DNA of 64,000 bases. Origin: Chiloscyllium plagiosum (Eukaryota). Shown piece by piece: positions 50,490 to 62,449 of the stretch; position 1 is the first letter of the stretch, and each line of letters starts with the position of its first letter. The notes under the pieces were generated by a model. It worked only from the letters and a program-made list of their open reading frames with translations. It did not search any database and was not told the origin of the DNA. The DNA lies in NCBI RefSeq assembly GCF_004010195.1, contig NC_057726.1, positions 68,855,155 through 68,919,154 on the forward strand, in the 5' to 3' direction. Position numbers and translations under genes: made by a program.

Positions 50490-50825
50490 GTTATCACATA
50501 GTCTGCTATGATACAAAACCCATTGTTAGCCACTAGTTGACCCCATTAGTAGCTATTCATTCTCCCAGATCGATCGTTACTCATTCCTTTGTTTGCCCAA
50601 CTGTTCTAGTCTCTCTTCGGGCTCTGTTCCTGCCTGCCGTTCACATCTTACCCCCTTCCACATCTGCTCCCCCCCCCCCCCCAAACACCCCAAATTTCCA
50701 TCTTCTGCATGTCACCAACTTTTTCCTGCTCGCTATCAGTTCTGAGGAAGGGGCGACTGGACCTGAAATGACCTGTCCACAGATGCTGTGAGATCCGCTG
50801 AGCTTTTCCAGCAACATCTGTTTTC
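50490..50825 (+). mobile_element. Penelope-like 3' fragment
   Basis: CTGAGGAAGGGGCGACTGGACCTGAAA at 50742, then CACAGATGCTG..CTTTTCCAGCA. Confidence 0.65.
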
Positions 50826-51091
50826 CATTGGGGCTGGACCGTTGTTCCGAAGTATTTCAGCTGGTGCATAACTCTGTGCGCAAGAAATATGTCGCTAGTC
50901 TAACGTGACATGATTTTAAAAAAGTTATCATCAAATAAAATCCGTGTTAGGCATCAGCGCTGAAAATTGCAAATGTTCATTCGTTCCAATTCACCTTTAT
51001 TTCATGCAAAAAGATGTGTGCAATTCGAAACCAAAAGAGAAGATGCTGGAAAATCTCAGCAGGTCTGGCAGCATCTGTAAGGAGAGAAAAG

Positions 51092-51645
51092 ATGGGGTAC
51101 TGGGCTAATGGTCGGATACTTGGTAGTGTGGATGAGCAGAGGGATCTTGGTGTCCATGTACACAGATCTTTGAAAGTTGCCACCCAGGTAAATAGTACGG
51201 TGAAGAAGGCATATGGCGTACTGGCTTTTATTGGTAGAGGAATTGAGTTCCGGAGTACTGAAGTCATGTTGCAGTTGTATAAGACTCTGGTGCGGCCGCA
51301 TCTGGAGTATTGTGTGCAGTTTTGGTCACCATACTATAGGAAGGATGTGGAGGCACTGGAACGGGTGCAGAGGAGGTTTACCAGGATGTTGCCTGCTTTA
51401 AATTAAGGGGGGGTAGGTATAGGACAGATGTTAGGGATAGGTTCTTTACTCAGCGAGTCATGAATTCATGGAATGCCCTGCCAGTAGCAGTGGTGGACTC
51501 TCCCTCATTATGGGCATTTAAGCGGGCATTGGATAGGCATATGGAGGATAGTGGGCTAGTGTAGGTTAGGTGGGCTTGGATCGGCGCAACATCGAGGGCT
51601 GAAGGGCCTGTACTGCGCTGTATTCTTCTATGTTCTATGTTCTAT
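51092..51645 (+). mobile_element. Young, internally deleted CR1 inserted into a minus-strand hammerhead element (51028-51691)
   Basis: Clean RT C-terminal peptide QRDLGVHVHRSLK..LEYCVQFWSP; AAAAGA duplicated at both junctions. Confidence 0.88.
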
Positions 51646-52318
51646 AAAAGAGCTGACATTTCGAGTCTAACTGCCCCTTTGTCAAAGCTGTGTACAATTC
51701 GACTTGCCGCTTTCCATTCCGCCGTTGAAACAATTCCTCCAAGTGAATGTGCGAGCAGTTGATGACATTAGGTATGTGACTGTTAACAAGAAAACAGGTT
51801 GAAAACGAAGCGGAAGCATTGCATGCATCAACAGATCATGGGTTAAGTCGAAATTTAGTTATTCTTTTTTTTTTAAAAAAAACGATGTTCAAGCTTATTT
51901 CTTAAAAGATGCGCCACAGACATTGCGCTCTCGATTCATTGTCAGAATCTACATCTGAGTGGGCGTGAGACTTCCGTCTAGCTCCTGTTTTGTAGGTATT
52001 GCTGCAAACCTCAGACGTTATGTAATTTCATTGATTAATTGAGACAACTGGCAGCTCTGTCACGGCATTACATCGAGGTTTCTTCAGAAGGCATTAATAA
52101 TTCTCAGTTAAGGGAAGAATTAAGATATATGCATATGGAATGGAATGTGAGGTAGATGAGGAGCAGTGAGCAGCTAGGAAGACAATGCAATGTTAGCTTT
52201 AACTTCAGTATGCAAGAGCAACATTTCTGTTCCTTCCTAACAATGACGATTTGGTCAAGTCGCTCCAATAATACCAATTGGCTCTCACCAGGTTTTAGTC
52301 CAAGGTTAAATACAGTCA

Positions 52319-52428
52319 GAAAAGCATAAAAGCTTTGACAAAGGGTCAGTTAGACTCGAAACGTCAGCTATTTTCTCTCCTTACAGATGCTGTCAGACCT
52401 GCTGAGATTTTTCAGCATTTTCTCTTTT
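52319..52428 (+). mobile_element. Penelope-derived short element with a U3-A8 variant hammerhead
   Basis: 15-bp TSD GGTTAAATACAGTCA (52304-52318 / 52429-52443). Confidence 0.85.
52331..52369 (+). ncRNA. Minimal type-I hammerhead ribozyme motif (predicted)
   Basis: AGCT-TTGACAA-A-GGGTC-AGTTA-GACTC-GAAA-CG-TC^-AGCT; stems I and II pair; palindromic ACGT stem III. Confidence 0.65.
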
Positions 52429-53983
52429 GGTTAAATACAGTCAATTGCATCTGAGAGGCGGGTAAGATTCTGAAACTGTAAGAGCTTAGGGATGGATTTA
52501 GGCTAATCGGCCCATCAACCTTGTCCACCATTCGATCATGGCAGATATGTTTCTCAACCTTATTCTCTCGTCTACTCCCCAGAACCTTTGATTCACTTAC
52601 TAGTCAAAAACCTATCCATCTTTATCTAAGATCCACTCAACATTAATAGTAGAAATATTAGGGATAGCAGCTTTGGGGCCATACTGCAGCATATGGTTAG
52701 TTGGCCTTGGAGGTAGATGCACCAGGAATGAGAACGAATTTGGGATTGAGATGTGACCTCGTAGAGATTCATAAAACCATGAAGAATATTCTTAGGATTA
52801 ATGGTAGGTATTTTACCCTAGAACGGGGGATTTTAAGACAAGGGGAAGGTATACATTTTTAAGGTAAGAGGAGAGAGATTGAAAAAAAGACGTGGGGGAC
52901 AACTTTTTTACACAGAATCTGGTTCACGTGTGGAATGAACTTTCTGCACAAGTGATGGGTGTGGGCACAGTTACAATGTTTAAAAGACACTTCGATAAGT
53001 ACATGAATACAAACGGTTTGCAGGAACAGGCAGGGGGGGCTAACTTAGTTTGGGTTTAGATCGCAGAGTCTGCCTCAATGCTCCATGACTACATAACTTA
53101 GAAGTAATTGCAGAAGATTTTTTTTCTTTATCCCTGGAACTAGCAATTATAACTTTTGGTCTCACGCAGCTAATCTGCAATCAATAAATGGCAATCACAC
53201 AGAGCTCAGCACTGAGCAATAGAGTAAAGAAAACCGACTAGAAATATCCCAGGCTGGAAATGCATTACGTAAAAGCTTTTTCAGACCACACAGGTTTTGT
53301 TAAACGTGAACTTGTATCCATCACCTAGAGCATGTGAAAGGAATGAACAGCAATAAACAGTGAAAGGAGACTGTGTTTTATGGAATTGTTAGTGAAGAAT
53401 AGGAAACTCGGAGCAAGGAATGGGGAAGAAAGGGAATATACAATGAATCATGTTAAAGTGCCCAAGTCAGTGGATATGACAACTGGTTTAGCTAGATTAC
53501 ATCTCAAAAGTATACGGAAACACATTACCAGAAAGAAAGGTCGATGAAAAGGATTATTTATAAATCAGCTTCAGGAAGGACTTTTTGGATCAGGAAACTA
53601 AATACTTAAGTTTCTAGCAACGAATTGATATGACAACTGAAGAAGACCCAGGGCAAATAAATTAGTAACACAGAGCATCAACTTAGCAGACTAAGTCTTT
53701 ACTAAATGTGTAGTGAAATGCTGTATAAGATATAAACCGGACTAGATGAGATATACAGTCATCAGATTGATTTGTTTAAACTTGGAGAATAGATTAAAAA
53801 AATGACAGTTTTCTTTAAAAGGAACCACACAAAAGCCTATAATATGACACAACAAACATTCTATCTCCTGAGGATGGTATCACACTGAGGATATCACACT
53901 GGGAGTAAAGAATGGGGCTCATAGGATAATCGACTGGGTGAAGGTTATTGAAGAGTTTAAATCTGGTACACCAATAATACGAA

Positions 53984-54179
53984 GGAGGAGAAAGTGAGGG
54001 CTGTACATCAGAGTCGAGAATGTGATTCCTGAAAAGCACAGCAGGTCAGGCAACATCCAAGGAGCAGGAAAACCTTCATCAGGAATGGTGGTGAAGGGCT
54101 TATGCCTGAAACGTCGATTCTCCTGCTCCTTGGATGCTGCCTGACCTGCTGTGCTTTTCCAGCACTACACTCTCGAAAT
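53984..54179. mobile_element. Fold-back Penelope-derived element
   Basis: Inverted arms; TSD CAATAATAYGAA (53972-53983 / 54180-54191). Confidence 0.82.
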
Positions 54180-57100
54180 CAATAATATGAAACATGCCAT
54201 GCGATGCAATCCAAACTATTTGGAGATACACTGTATACAAAAACAGACTAAACCTTTAGCTCTGCAGGTCGATTCTAAGAGCACAATATTTTTCTTTGGC
54301 TTGTGCATTCATAATTGACCAGGAATCAACAAGTTATGAATCTGTAATGGACCAAACAGGCTTCAGAGAAAATTCTATGTTGTCACCACACGCTGTTATA
54401 TCTGATGAATAAGATGCTCCAAACTGGAAATCCAAATCTGGGTAATTTCAACTGCTCAGAATGCGAATACTTGAAAAGATGTAGTACTGGCACATTAGTT
54501 TCATTTAGCTGCACTCGAAATGAAATTAACATGGGATCATGAGCCAGTTCCATCCATTCCACTATTTAAATGTTATTTAAATGTTATCTCTACCAGTAAT
54601 CTGTCAGTGACAGTGCAGGGTCTGAACCAGAACGGGATCTGTGACAGTGCGGGATATGTACCAGTACTGGGTCGGTGACAGAGTGGGGGGCCTATACCAG
54701 TACTGGGTCTCTGACAGTATGGGGTCTGTACCAGTACTAAGTCTGTGACAGTGCGGGGTCTGTAACAGTACTGGGTCAGTGACAGTGCGGGGTCTGTAGC
54801 AGTACTGGATCTGTGACAGTGTGGAATCTGTACCAGTACTGGGTCTGTGACAGTGTGGAATCTGTACCAGTACTGGGTCTCTGACAGTGTGGGGTCTGTA
54901 CCAGTACTACGTCTGTGACAGTTTGGAGTCTGTACCCGTACTGGGTCTCTGACAGTGCGGATTCTGTAGTAGTACTGCGTCTGTAACAGTACAGGGACTG
55001 TACCAGTACTGGGTCTGTGTCGGCGTGGGGTCATGTATCGGTACTGGATATGTGAAAGTTTGGAGTCTGTACCAGTACTGGGTGTGTGACAGTGTGGGGT
55101 CTGTACTCGTACTGGGTCTAGGACAGTGCTGGGTCTGTACCAGTACTGGGTCTGTGACAGTGAGGGGTCTGCAGCAGTACTCGGTATGTGACAGTGTGGG
55201 GCCTATACTAGTACTGTGTCTGTGACAGTCTGGGGTCTGTACCAGTACTAGGTCTTTGACAGTGTGGGGTCTGTACTCGCACTGGGTCTCTGACAGTATG
55301 GGGTCTGTACCAGTACTGGGTCTGTGACAGTGTGAGGTCTGTACCAAGGCTGGGTGTGTCACAGTGTGGGGTCTGTACCAGCACAAGGTCTGTGTCGGTG
55401 TGAGGTCTGCATCTGCACTTCATATGTGACAGTGTGGAGACTGTCCCAGAACTGTGTCTGTGACAGTGAGGTGTCTGTTCCAGTACTGGGTCTGTGACAG
55501 TGTGGAGTCTGCACCAGTATTGGGTCTGTGACAGTGCGGGGTCTTTACCGGCACTGGGTCTGTGACAGTAAGGGGTCTGTACCAGTACTGGGCCTGTGAC
55601 AGTGAGGGGTCTGTACCAGTATTTGTCTGTGACAGTGTGGAGTCTGTACCAGTACTGGGTCTGTGACAGAGTCGAGTCTGTACCGATACCGGGTCTGCGA
55701 CAGTCTGGTGTCAGTACCAGTACTGGGTCTGTGAAAGTGTGGGGTCTGTACCAGTACTGGGTCTGTGACAATTAGGGGTCTATACCAGTACTGGGTATGT
55801 GACAGTGTGGACTCTGTACCAGTACTGGGTCGGTGACAGTGTGGTGTCTGTACCAATACTGGGTCTGTGACAGTGCAGGGTCTGTACCAGTACTGGGTCT
55901 GTGACAATGTGAGATCTGTAGCAGTACTGGGTCTGTGACAGTGCTGGGTCAGTACCAGTACTGGGTCTGTGATAGTGTGGAGTCTGTACCAGTATTGGGT
56001 CTCTGACAGTGTGGAGTCTGTATCAGTACTAGGTCTGTGACAATGTGGTGTCTGCACCAGTACTGGATCTGTGACTCTGCATGGTCTGTACCAGTACTGG
56101 GTCTGTGACAATTAGGGGTCTGTACCAGTACTGGGTATGTGACAGTGTGGAGTCCGTACCAGTATTTGCCTGTGACAGTGTGGAGCCTGTACCAGTAATG
56201 TGTCTCTGACAGTGCGGGGTCTGTAGCAGTACTGGATCTGTGACCGTGCAGGGCCTGTACCAGTACTGCGCCTGTGTCGGTGTGGGGACTGTACCAGTAC
56301 TGTGTCTGCGACAGTGCAGCGTCTGTACCAGTACTGGCTCTCTAATAGTGTGGATTCTGTACCTGTACTGGCTCGGTGACAGTGTGGAGTCTGTATCAGT
56401 ACTGGGTCTCTGACAGTGTGGGATCTGTAGCAAGACGGTGTCTGTGACAGTGCAGGGATTGTACCAGTACTGGGTGTGTGACAGTGTGGGGTCTGTACCA
56501 GTACTGGGTCTCTGACAGTGTGGAGTCTGCACCAGTAGTGGGTCTGTGACAGTACGGTGTCTGTACCAGTACTGGGTTCTGACAGTACGGGGTCTGTACC
56601 ATACTGCTTCTGTGACAATGCAGGGTCTGTACCAGTACTGGGTCAGTGTCGGTGTGGGGCTGTATCTGTACTGGGTCTCTGACAGTGTGGAATCTGTACC
56701 AGTACTGGGTGTGTGACAGTGTGGGGTCTGCACCAGTAGTGGGTCTCTGACAGTACGGGGTCTGTACCATACTGCTTCTTTGACAATGCAGGGTCTGTAC
56801 CAGTACTGGGTCAGTGTCGGTGTGGGGCTGTATCTATACTGGGTATGTGACAGTGTGGAGTCTGTACCAGTATTGGGTATCTGACAGTGTGGAATCTGTA
56901 TCTGTACTGGGTCTGTGACAGTGTGGCGTCTGTACCAGTACAGGGTACTGGGTACTGTCACATACCCAGTACTAGTATAGACCCCTAATTGTCACAGACC
57001 CAGTACTGGTGCAGACTCCACACTGTCACAGACCCAATACTGGTACAGATTCCACACTGTCAGTACAGGGTGTGTGACAGTGTGAGGTCTGTACCAGTAC

Positions 57101-59072
57101 TAGGTCTCTGACAGTGTGGGGTCTGTACTAGCACTGGGTCTGTGACAGTGAGAGATCTGTACCAGTACTGGGTCTCTGACAGTATGGGATCTGTACCAGT
57201 ACTGGATCAGTGACAGTGCGGGGTCTGAACAGTATTGGGTCTGTGACAGTGCAGGGTCTGTACCAGTACTGGGTCTGTGATAGTGTGGAGTCTGTACCAG
57301 CACTGGCTCTCTAACAGTGTGGAGTCTGTACTTGTACTAGTTCTGTGACAGTATGGAGTCTGTACCAGTATTGGGTCTCTGACAGTGTGGGATCTGTAGC
57401 AGTACTGTGTCAGTGACAGTGCAGGGACTGTACCAGTATTGGGTCTGTGTTGGTGCGGGGTCGTGTATCTGCACTGGATATGTGACAGTGTGGAGTCTGT
57501 ACCAGTACTGGGTCTCTGATAGCGAGGGGTCTGTCCCAGTACTGCATCTATGACAGTGTGGAGTCTGCACCAGTAGTGGGTCTGTGACACTGCGGGGTCT
57601 GTACCAGTACTGGGTCTGTGACAGTGTGGGGTCTGTACCAGTACTGCGTCTCTGACAGTACGGGGTCTGTACCATACTGCTTCTGTGACAATGCAGGGTC
57701 TGTACCGGTACTGGGTCCGTGTCGGTATGTGGTTGTATCTGTACTGGGTATGTGACAGTGTGGAGTCTGTACCAGTATTGGGTCTCTGACATTGTGGAGT
57801 CTGCACCAGTACTGGGTCTGTGACAGTGTGGAGTCTGCACCAGTACTGGGTCTGTGACACTGCAGGGTTTGTACCAGTATTGGGTCTGTGACAATTAGGG
57901 ATCTGTACCAGTACTGGGTATGTGACAGTGTGGAGCCTGTACCTGTACTGGGAGTGTGACAGTGTGGGGTCTGTACCAGTACTAGGTCTCTGACATTGTG
58001 GGATCTGTACCAGTACTGGGTCTGTGACTGTACGGGGTCAGTACCAGTATTGGGTCTGTGACAGTGTGGGCTCTGTACCAGTGCTGGGTCTGTGACAGAG
58101 CGGATCTGTACCAGTACTGGATCTGTACCAGAACTGTGGCTGTGAAAGTGTGGAGTCTGTACCAGTACTGGGTCTGTGACAGTGAGGGATCTGTTCCAGT
58201 ACTGGGTCTGTTACAGTGCGGGCTCTGTACCAGTATTTGGTCTGCGACAGTGCAGTTTCTGTATCAGTACTGTGTCTGTGACAGTGTGGAGTCTGTACCA
58301 GTACTGGGTCTGTGACAGTGTGGGTTCTGTACCAGTACTGCGTCTGTGACAGTGTGGGGTCAGGACTAGTATTGGGTCTGTGACAGTGTGGTGTCTGTTC
58401 TAGTACTGGGTCTGTGACAGTGTGGAGTCTGTGCCAGTACTGGGTCTGCGACAGTGCAGCGTCTGTACCAGTAGTGAGTCTCTGACAGTGTGGTTTTTGT
58501 ACCAGTACTAGGTCTCTGACAGTGCGGGGTCTGTAGCAGTACTGCGTCTGTGACAGTGCAGGGTCTGTGCCAGTACTGGGTCTGTGTCGGTGTGGGGTCT
58601 GTATTTGTACTGGGTATGTGATAGTTGGTTTCTATACCAGTACTGGATCTCTAACAGTGTGGAGTCTGTACCAGTACTGGGTCTGTGACAGTGAGGGGTC
58701 TGTACCAGTACTGGGACTGTGACACTGAGGGGTCGGTAGCAATACCGGGTCTGTGAATGTGTGGAGTCTGTACCAGTAGTGGGTCTGCGACAGTGAGGTG
58801 TCTGTACCAGCACTGGGTCTGTGACAGTGTGGGGTCTTCACCAGTACTGTGTCTGTGACATTGTGGAGTCTCTACCAGTAGTGGGTCTGCGTCAATGTGG
58901 AGTCTGTACCAGTACTGGGTCTTTGACACTGTGTGGTCTGTACCATACTGGATCTCTGACAATGTGGTGTCTGTACCAGTAATGGATCTGTGACAGTGTG
59001 GTGTCTGTACCAGTACTGGGTCTGTGACAGTGTGGTGTCTGTACCAGTAATGGGTCTGTGACAGTACTGGGT

Positions 59073-59612
59073 AAAGTTTGTGAGAAGATTTGTATCTCGG
59101 GTGCTCGTTGTTGTAGTTCTGTTCGCCGAGCTGGGAATTTGTGTTGCAGACGTTTCGTCCCCTGTCTCGGTGACATCCTCAGTGCTAGGGAGCCTCCTAT
59201 GAAGCGCTTCTGTGATGTTTCCTCCAGCATTTATAGTGATTTGTATCTGCCGCTTCCAGTTGTCAGTTCCAGCTGTCCGCTGCAGTGGCCGGTATATTCG
59301 ATCCTGGTCGATGTGTTTGTTGATGTAATCTGTGGGTGAGTGCCATGCCTCTAGGAATTCCCTGGCTGTTCTCTGTTTGGCTTGTCCTATAATAGCAGTG
59401 TTGTCCCAGTCGAACTCATGTTGCTTGTCATCCACGTGCTTGTCATCCACGTGTGTGGCTACTAAGGATAGCTGGTCGTGTCGTTTCGTGGCTAGTTGGT
59501 GTTCATGGATACGGATCATTAGCTGTCTTCCTGTTTGTCCTATGTAGTGTTTTGTGCAGTCCTTGCATGAGATTTTGTACACTACGTTGGTTTTGCTCAT
59601 GCTGGGTATGAC
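59073..59612 (-). mobile_element. Penelope-like 3' fragment (GIY-YIG endonuclease + hammerhead), copy 1
   Basis: NVVYKISCKDCTKHYIGQTGRQL..RIHEH...REFLEAWH; CTGAGGA..GACGAAACGTC. Confidence 0.9.
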
Positions 59613-60007
59613 AAACAGGGAGACAGTGTGGAGTCTGTCCCAGTAGTGGGTCTGTGACAGTGAGGTGTCTGTACCAGCACTGGGTCTGTGACAGTGTGGG
59701 GTCTTCACCAGTACTATGTCTGTGACATTGTGGAGTCTGTACCAGTAGTGGGTCTGCATCAATGTGGAGTCTGTACCAGTACTGGGTCTTTGACACTGTG
59801 TGGTCAGTACCATACTGGATCTCTGACAGTGTGGGGTCAGTACCAGTACTGGGTCTCTGACAATGTGGTGTCTGTACCAGTAATGGATCTGTGACAGTCT
59901 GGGGTCAGTACCAGTACTGGGTCTGTGACAGTGTGGTGTCTGTACCAGTACTGGGTCTGTGACAGTGTGGTGTCTGTACCAGTAATGGGTCTGTGACAGT
60001 ACTGGGT

Positions 60008-60547
60008 AAAGTTTGTGAGAAGATTTGTATCTCGGGTGCTCGTTGTTGTAGTTCTGTTCGCCGAGCTGGGAATTTGTGTTGCAGACGTTTCGTCCCCTGT
60101 CTCGGTGACATCCTCAGTGCTAGGGAGCCTCCTGTGAAGCGCTTCTGTGATGTTTCCTCCGGCATTTATAGTGATTTGTATCTGCCGCTTCCAGTTGTCA
60201 GTTCCAGCTGTCCGCTGCAGTGGCCGGTATATTCGATCCTGGTCGATGTGTTTGTTGATGTAATCTGTGGATGAGTGCCATGCCTCTAGGAATTCCCTGG
60301 CTGTTCTCTGTTTGGCTTGTCCTATAATAGCAGTGTTGTCCCAGTCGAACTCATGTTGCTTGTCATCCACGTGCTTGTCATCCACGTGTGTGGCTATTAA
60401 GGATAGCTGGTCGTGTCGTTTCGTGGCTAGTTGGTGTTCATGGATACGGATCATTAGCTGTCTTCCTGTTTGTCCTATGTAGTGTTTTGTGCAGTCCTTG
60501 CATGAGATTTTGTACACTACGTTGGTTTTGCTCATGCTGGGTATGAC
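60008..60547 (-). mobile_element. Penelope-like 3' fragment (GIY-YIG + hammerhead), copy 2
   Basis: Near-identical to copy 1 at +935 bp. Confidence 0.9.
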
Positions 60548-61793
60548 AAACAGGGAGACAGTGTGGAGTCTGTCCCAGTAGTGGGTCTGTGACAGTGAGG
60601 GGTCTGTACCAGTAATGGGTTTGTGACAGTGAGGGGTCTGTTCCAGTACTGGATCTGTGACAGTGAGGGGTCTGTGCCAGTAATGGGTCTGGTAGCCAGA
60701 CAGATAATGTATGTCAACCAGACATGGAAAAAACCATATTATTAGCGTATTATTGACATTGGAACTCTTGTTCAGTAAATTGAACAGGTTGCCGAAAAGT
60801 AGTGAGAACAAAGTAAATACACCGCAGTTTAACTGATATGTACCAACAAGTATTAGCTTTAACAGGCAGTGCAATGTTTTGAAACGTGCCTAATTTTTAA
60901 TTGTATCATCTCTGTTCCACTTAGAAATTGTCTTTGGATGTCGATTGAACAGATACAATTTCGCAACAAAATAATGTAAAACTGCAAGAAAGAGCAATGA
61001 CCGGTTGTATTGCCCGATTCGCTTCTTTTCTGCTGAAGAGAGCAACGGTGTTTTTACATCCCAGAATGGCTGCCTAAATAACCGTGAATGTGAGACTAGT
61101 ACGCGTTATGTAAGAGAGGGAGGGAAACTGAATGTGTGCGTGTGTCTATCGCTATGCATATGTGTATGAGGAGAGAGTAATGTGTGAAAGAGTAACAGAG
61201 ATAGGTATCTGAGTTAGAGCGTGGTGTGAGTATGAAATAGTTTAGAGATGGGGCAGTAACTCAAAGTGAGATTTGCGATACACAGTGCACCTGAACTACT
61301 AAAAAACCGAAAATAAAAACTGGATGCTCATAATTAGAGATATCCCTGTATGAGACGCAGGCAGTGAAAGATTAAGGTGCGTGTGGGTGAATGGTGGTTA
61401 GGCGAATGAGAGAGGGAGAGCTGCTTGTTGGACGCAGCACTAATTAAGAGATAATTACTGGATAAGTGAGTGTGAGATCCCTGCGCAATGAACAACGGCT
61501 GAGAAATGATTGCGATAGCAACACGGTCTGAATGATGATACTGTAAACGAGTGCTGCATGTGTAAGAGGCAGCAAGGAGAAATTGAAGTGTCAGGTGACA
61601 GTGATGATGTGGAGGTGGCGGTTGGATTGGGTGGACAAGTCGCACGACACCGAGTTACAGTCCAACAGGTTTATGTGAAATCTTATGCTCCCTGGTCAGG
61701 ACTTCACCTGGTGTCGTGTGACACAGTGAGTGCGAGGTGGGTGTTAGCACTGAACGACACGTTAGCATTCAGTGATAGGGTTCATTTTTGTTC

Positions 61794-61805
61794 TTACAGT
61801 ACGTA
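61794..61805 (-). CDS. Probable last coding exon of the IgSF receptor (YVL-stop)
   Basis: Branch-like CTGAC + pyrimidine tract + TTCAG| followed by TAC GTA CTG TAA in phase 0; 161-nt intron. Confidence 0.5.
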   Translation of the reverse strand, partial: YVL

Positions 61806-61966
61806 CTGAATTGATAAGAAAGTAAAGGGTCAGCTAATGTCTCGCACATCCATCCGTGCAGATACCGAATGTCACTAATGAAGGATGATGTAATTTGTTT
61901 CCTGTATTTAAAAAAAAATTCCTTTAATCTCGTTACAATGATGGAAGCAACAAATGATTCCCTTAC

Positions 61967-62058
61967 CTTTAAATGATCCACAATGAAGGCGGTCCCCAAC
62001 ACCATCACCACGATCCCCAAAATCAAACGGAAGATGTTAATGGTGTGGAACCGGCCAG
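61967..62058 (-). CDS. Transmembrane exon of the IgSF receptor (AGRFHTINIFRLILGIVVMVLGTAFIVDHLK)
   Basis: TCTATCCTTCAG| acceptor in phase 1 with the C1 exon; AAG|GTAAGG donor; about 21 hydrophobic residues with an Arg near the N-terminal end. Confidence 0.82.
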
Positions 62059-62449
62059 CTGAAGGATAGAGATTCAATGAGGAAATATAGAGAAACTATT
62101 AGACGCAGAATGTTTGTGTGTATGTCTTTACATAAAGGGAGGGAGAACAACAGAGAGGGAACTGGAGACAACCAATGTGTTAGACACAGAACTGTGCGCT
62201 TGAGAGTTTACTACAATGCAGCTGAGGGGTAGTACTAAAATGCCCAGAACCTTTCTCCATGAGTTCCGCGGAGTTTACACTGAACATTGTATACATCAGG
62301 GAACCTCAAGAATATTCTCCCCTTGGTCTTTTATTGGATCTGGTCTCTGACACTGCTAAACGGGAGCTAAAGCTAATTCTCATCCTCGCGTTAATTTCTA
62401 ATGCAGTGCTCGATGGTAACAATACCCAGTCAACGGAAAAGAGGAAGCT

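Larger units (their letters stand above)
54590..60692. repeat. 34-bp satellite array (GGGTCTGTGACAGTGTG-GGGTCTGTACCAGTACT), ~6.1 kb
   Basis: Seen directly; it explains all QTQYWYR/TDPVLVQ ORFs. Confidence 0.97.

Noticed and set aside
54573-58962. Many long ORFs (QTQYWYR / TDPVLVQTPHC repeats)
   Set aside because: They are translations of the 34-bp satellite, whose minus strand has few stops; no splice or start context.
54590-60692. CRISPR-like array or V(D)J RSS cluster (GACAGTG resembles CACAGTG) next to an Ig-domain gene
   Set aside because: There are no unique spacers or cas genes and the DNA is eukaryotic. The heptamer lacks the essential first C and no nonamer is seen at 12/23 spacing.
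59837-60874. 345-aa ORF as a domesticated nuclease gene
   Set aside because: It has a non-ATG start and is a chimera of flank, satellite and Penelope fragment; kept only as a mobile-element finding.
60920-61073. Alternative longer cytoplasmic exon for the IgSF gene (AAILGCKNTV...)
   Set aside because: Weaker acceptor than the one at 61806 and no signalling motif; cannot be excluded without transcripts.
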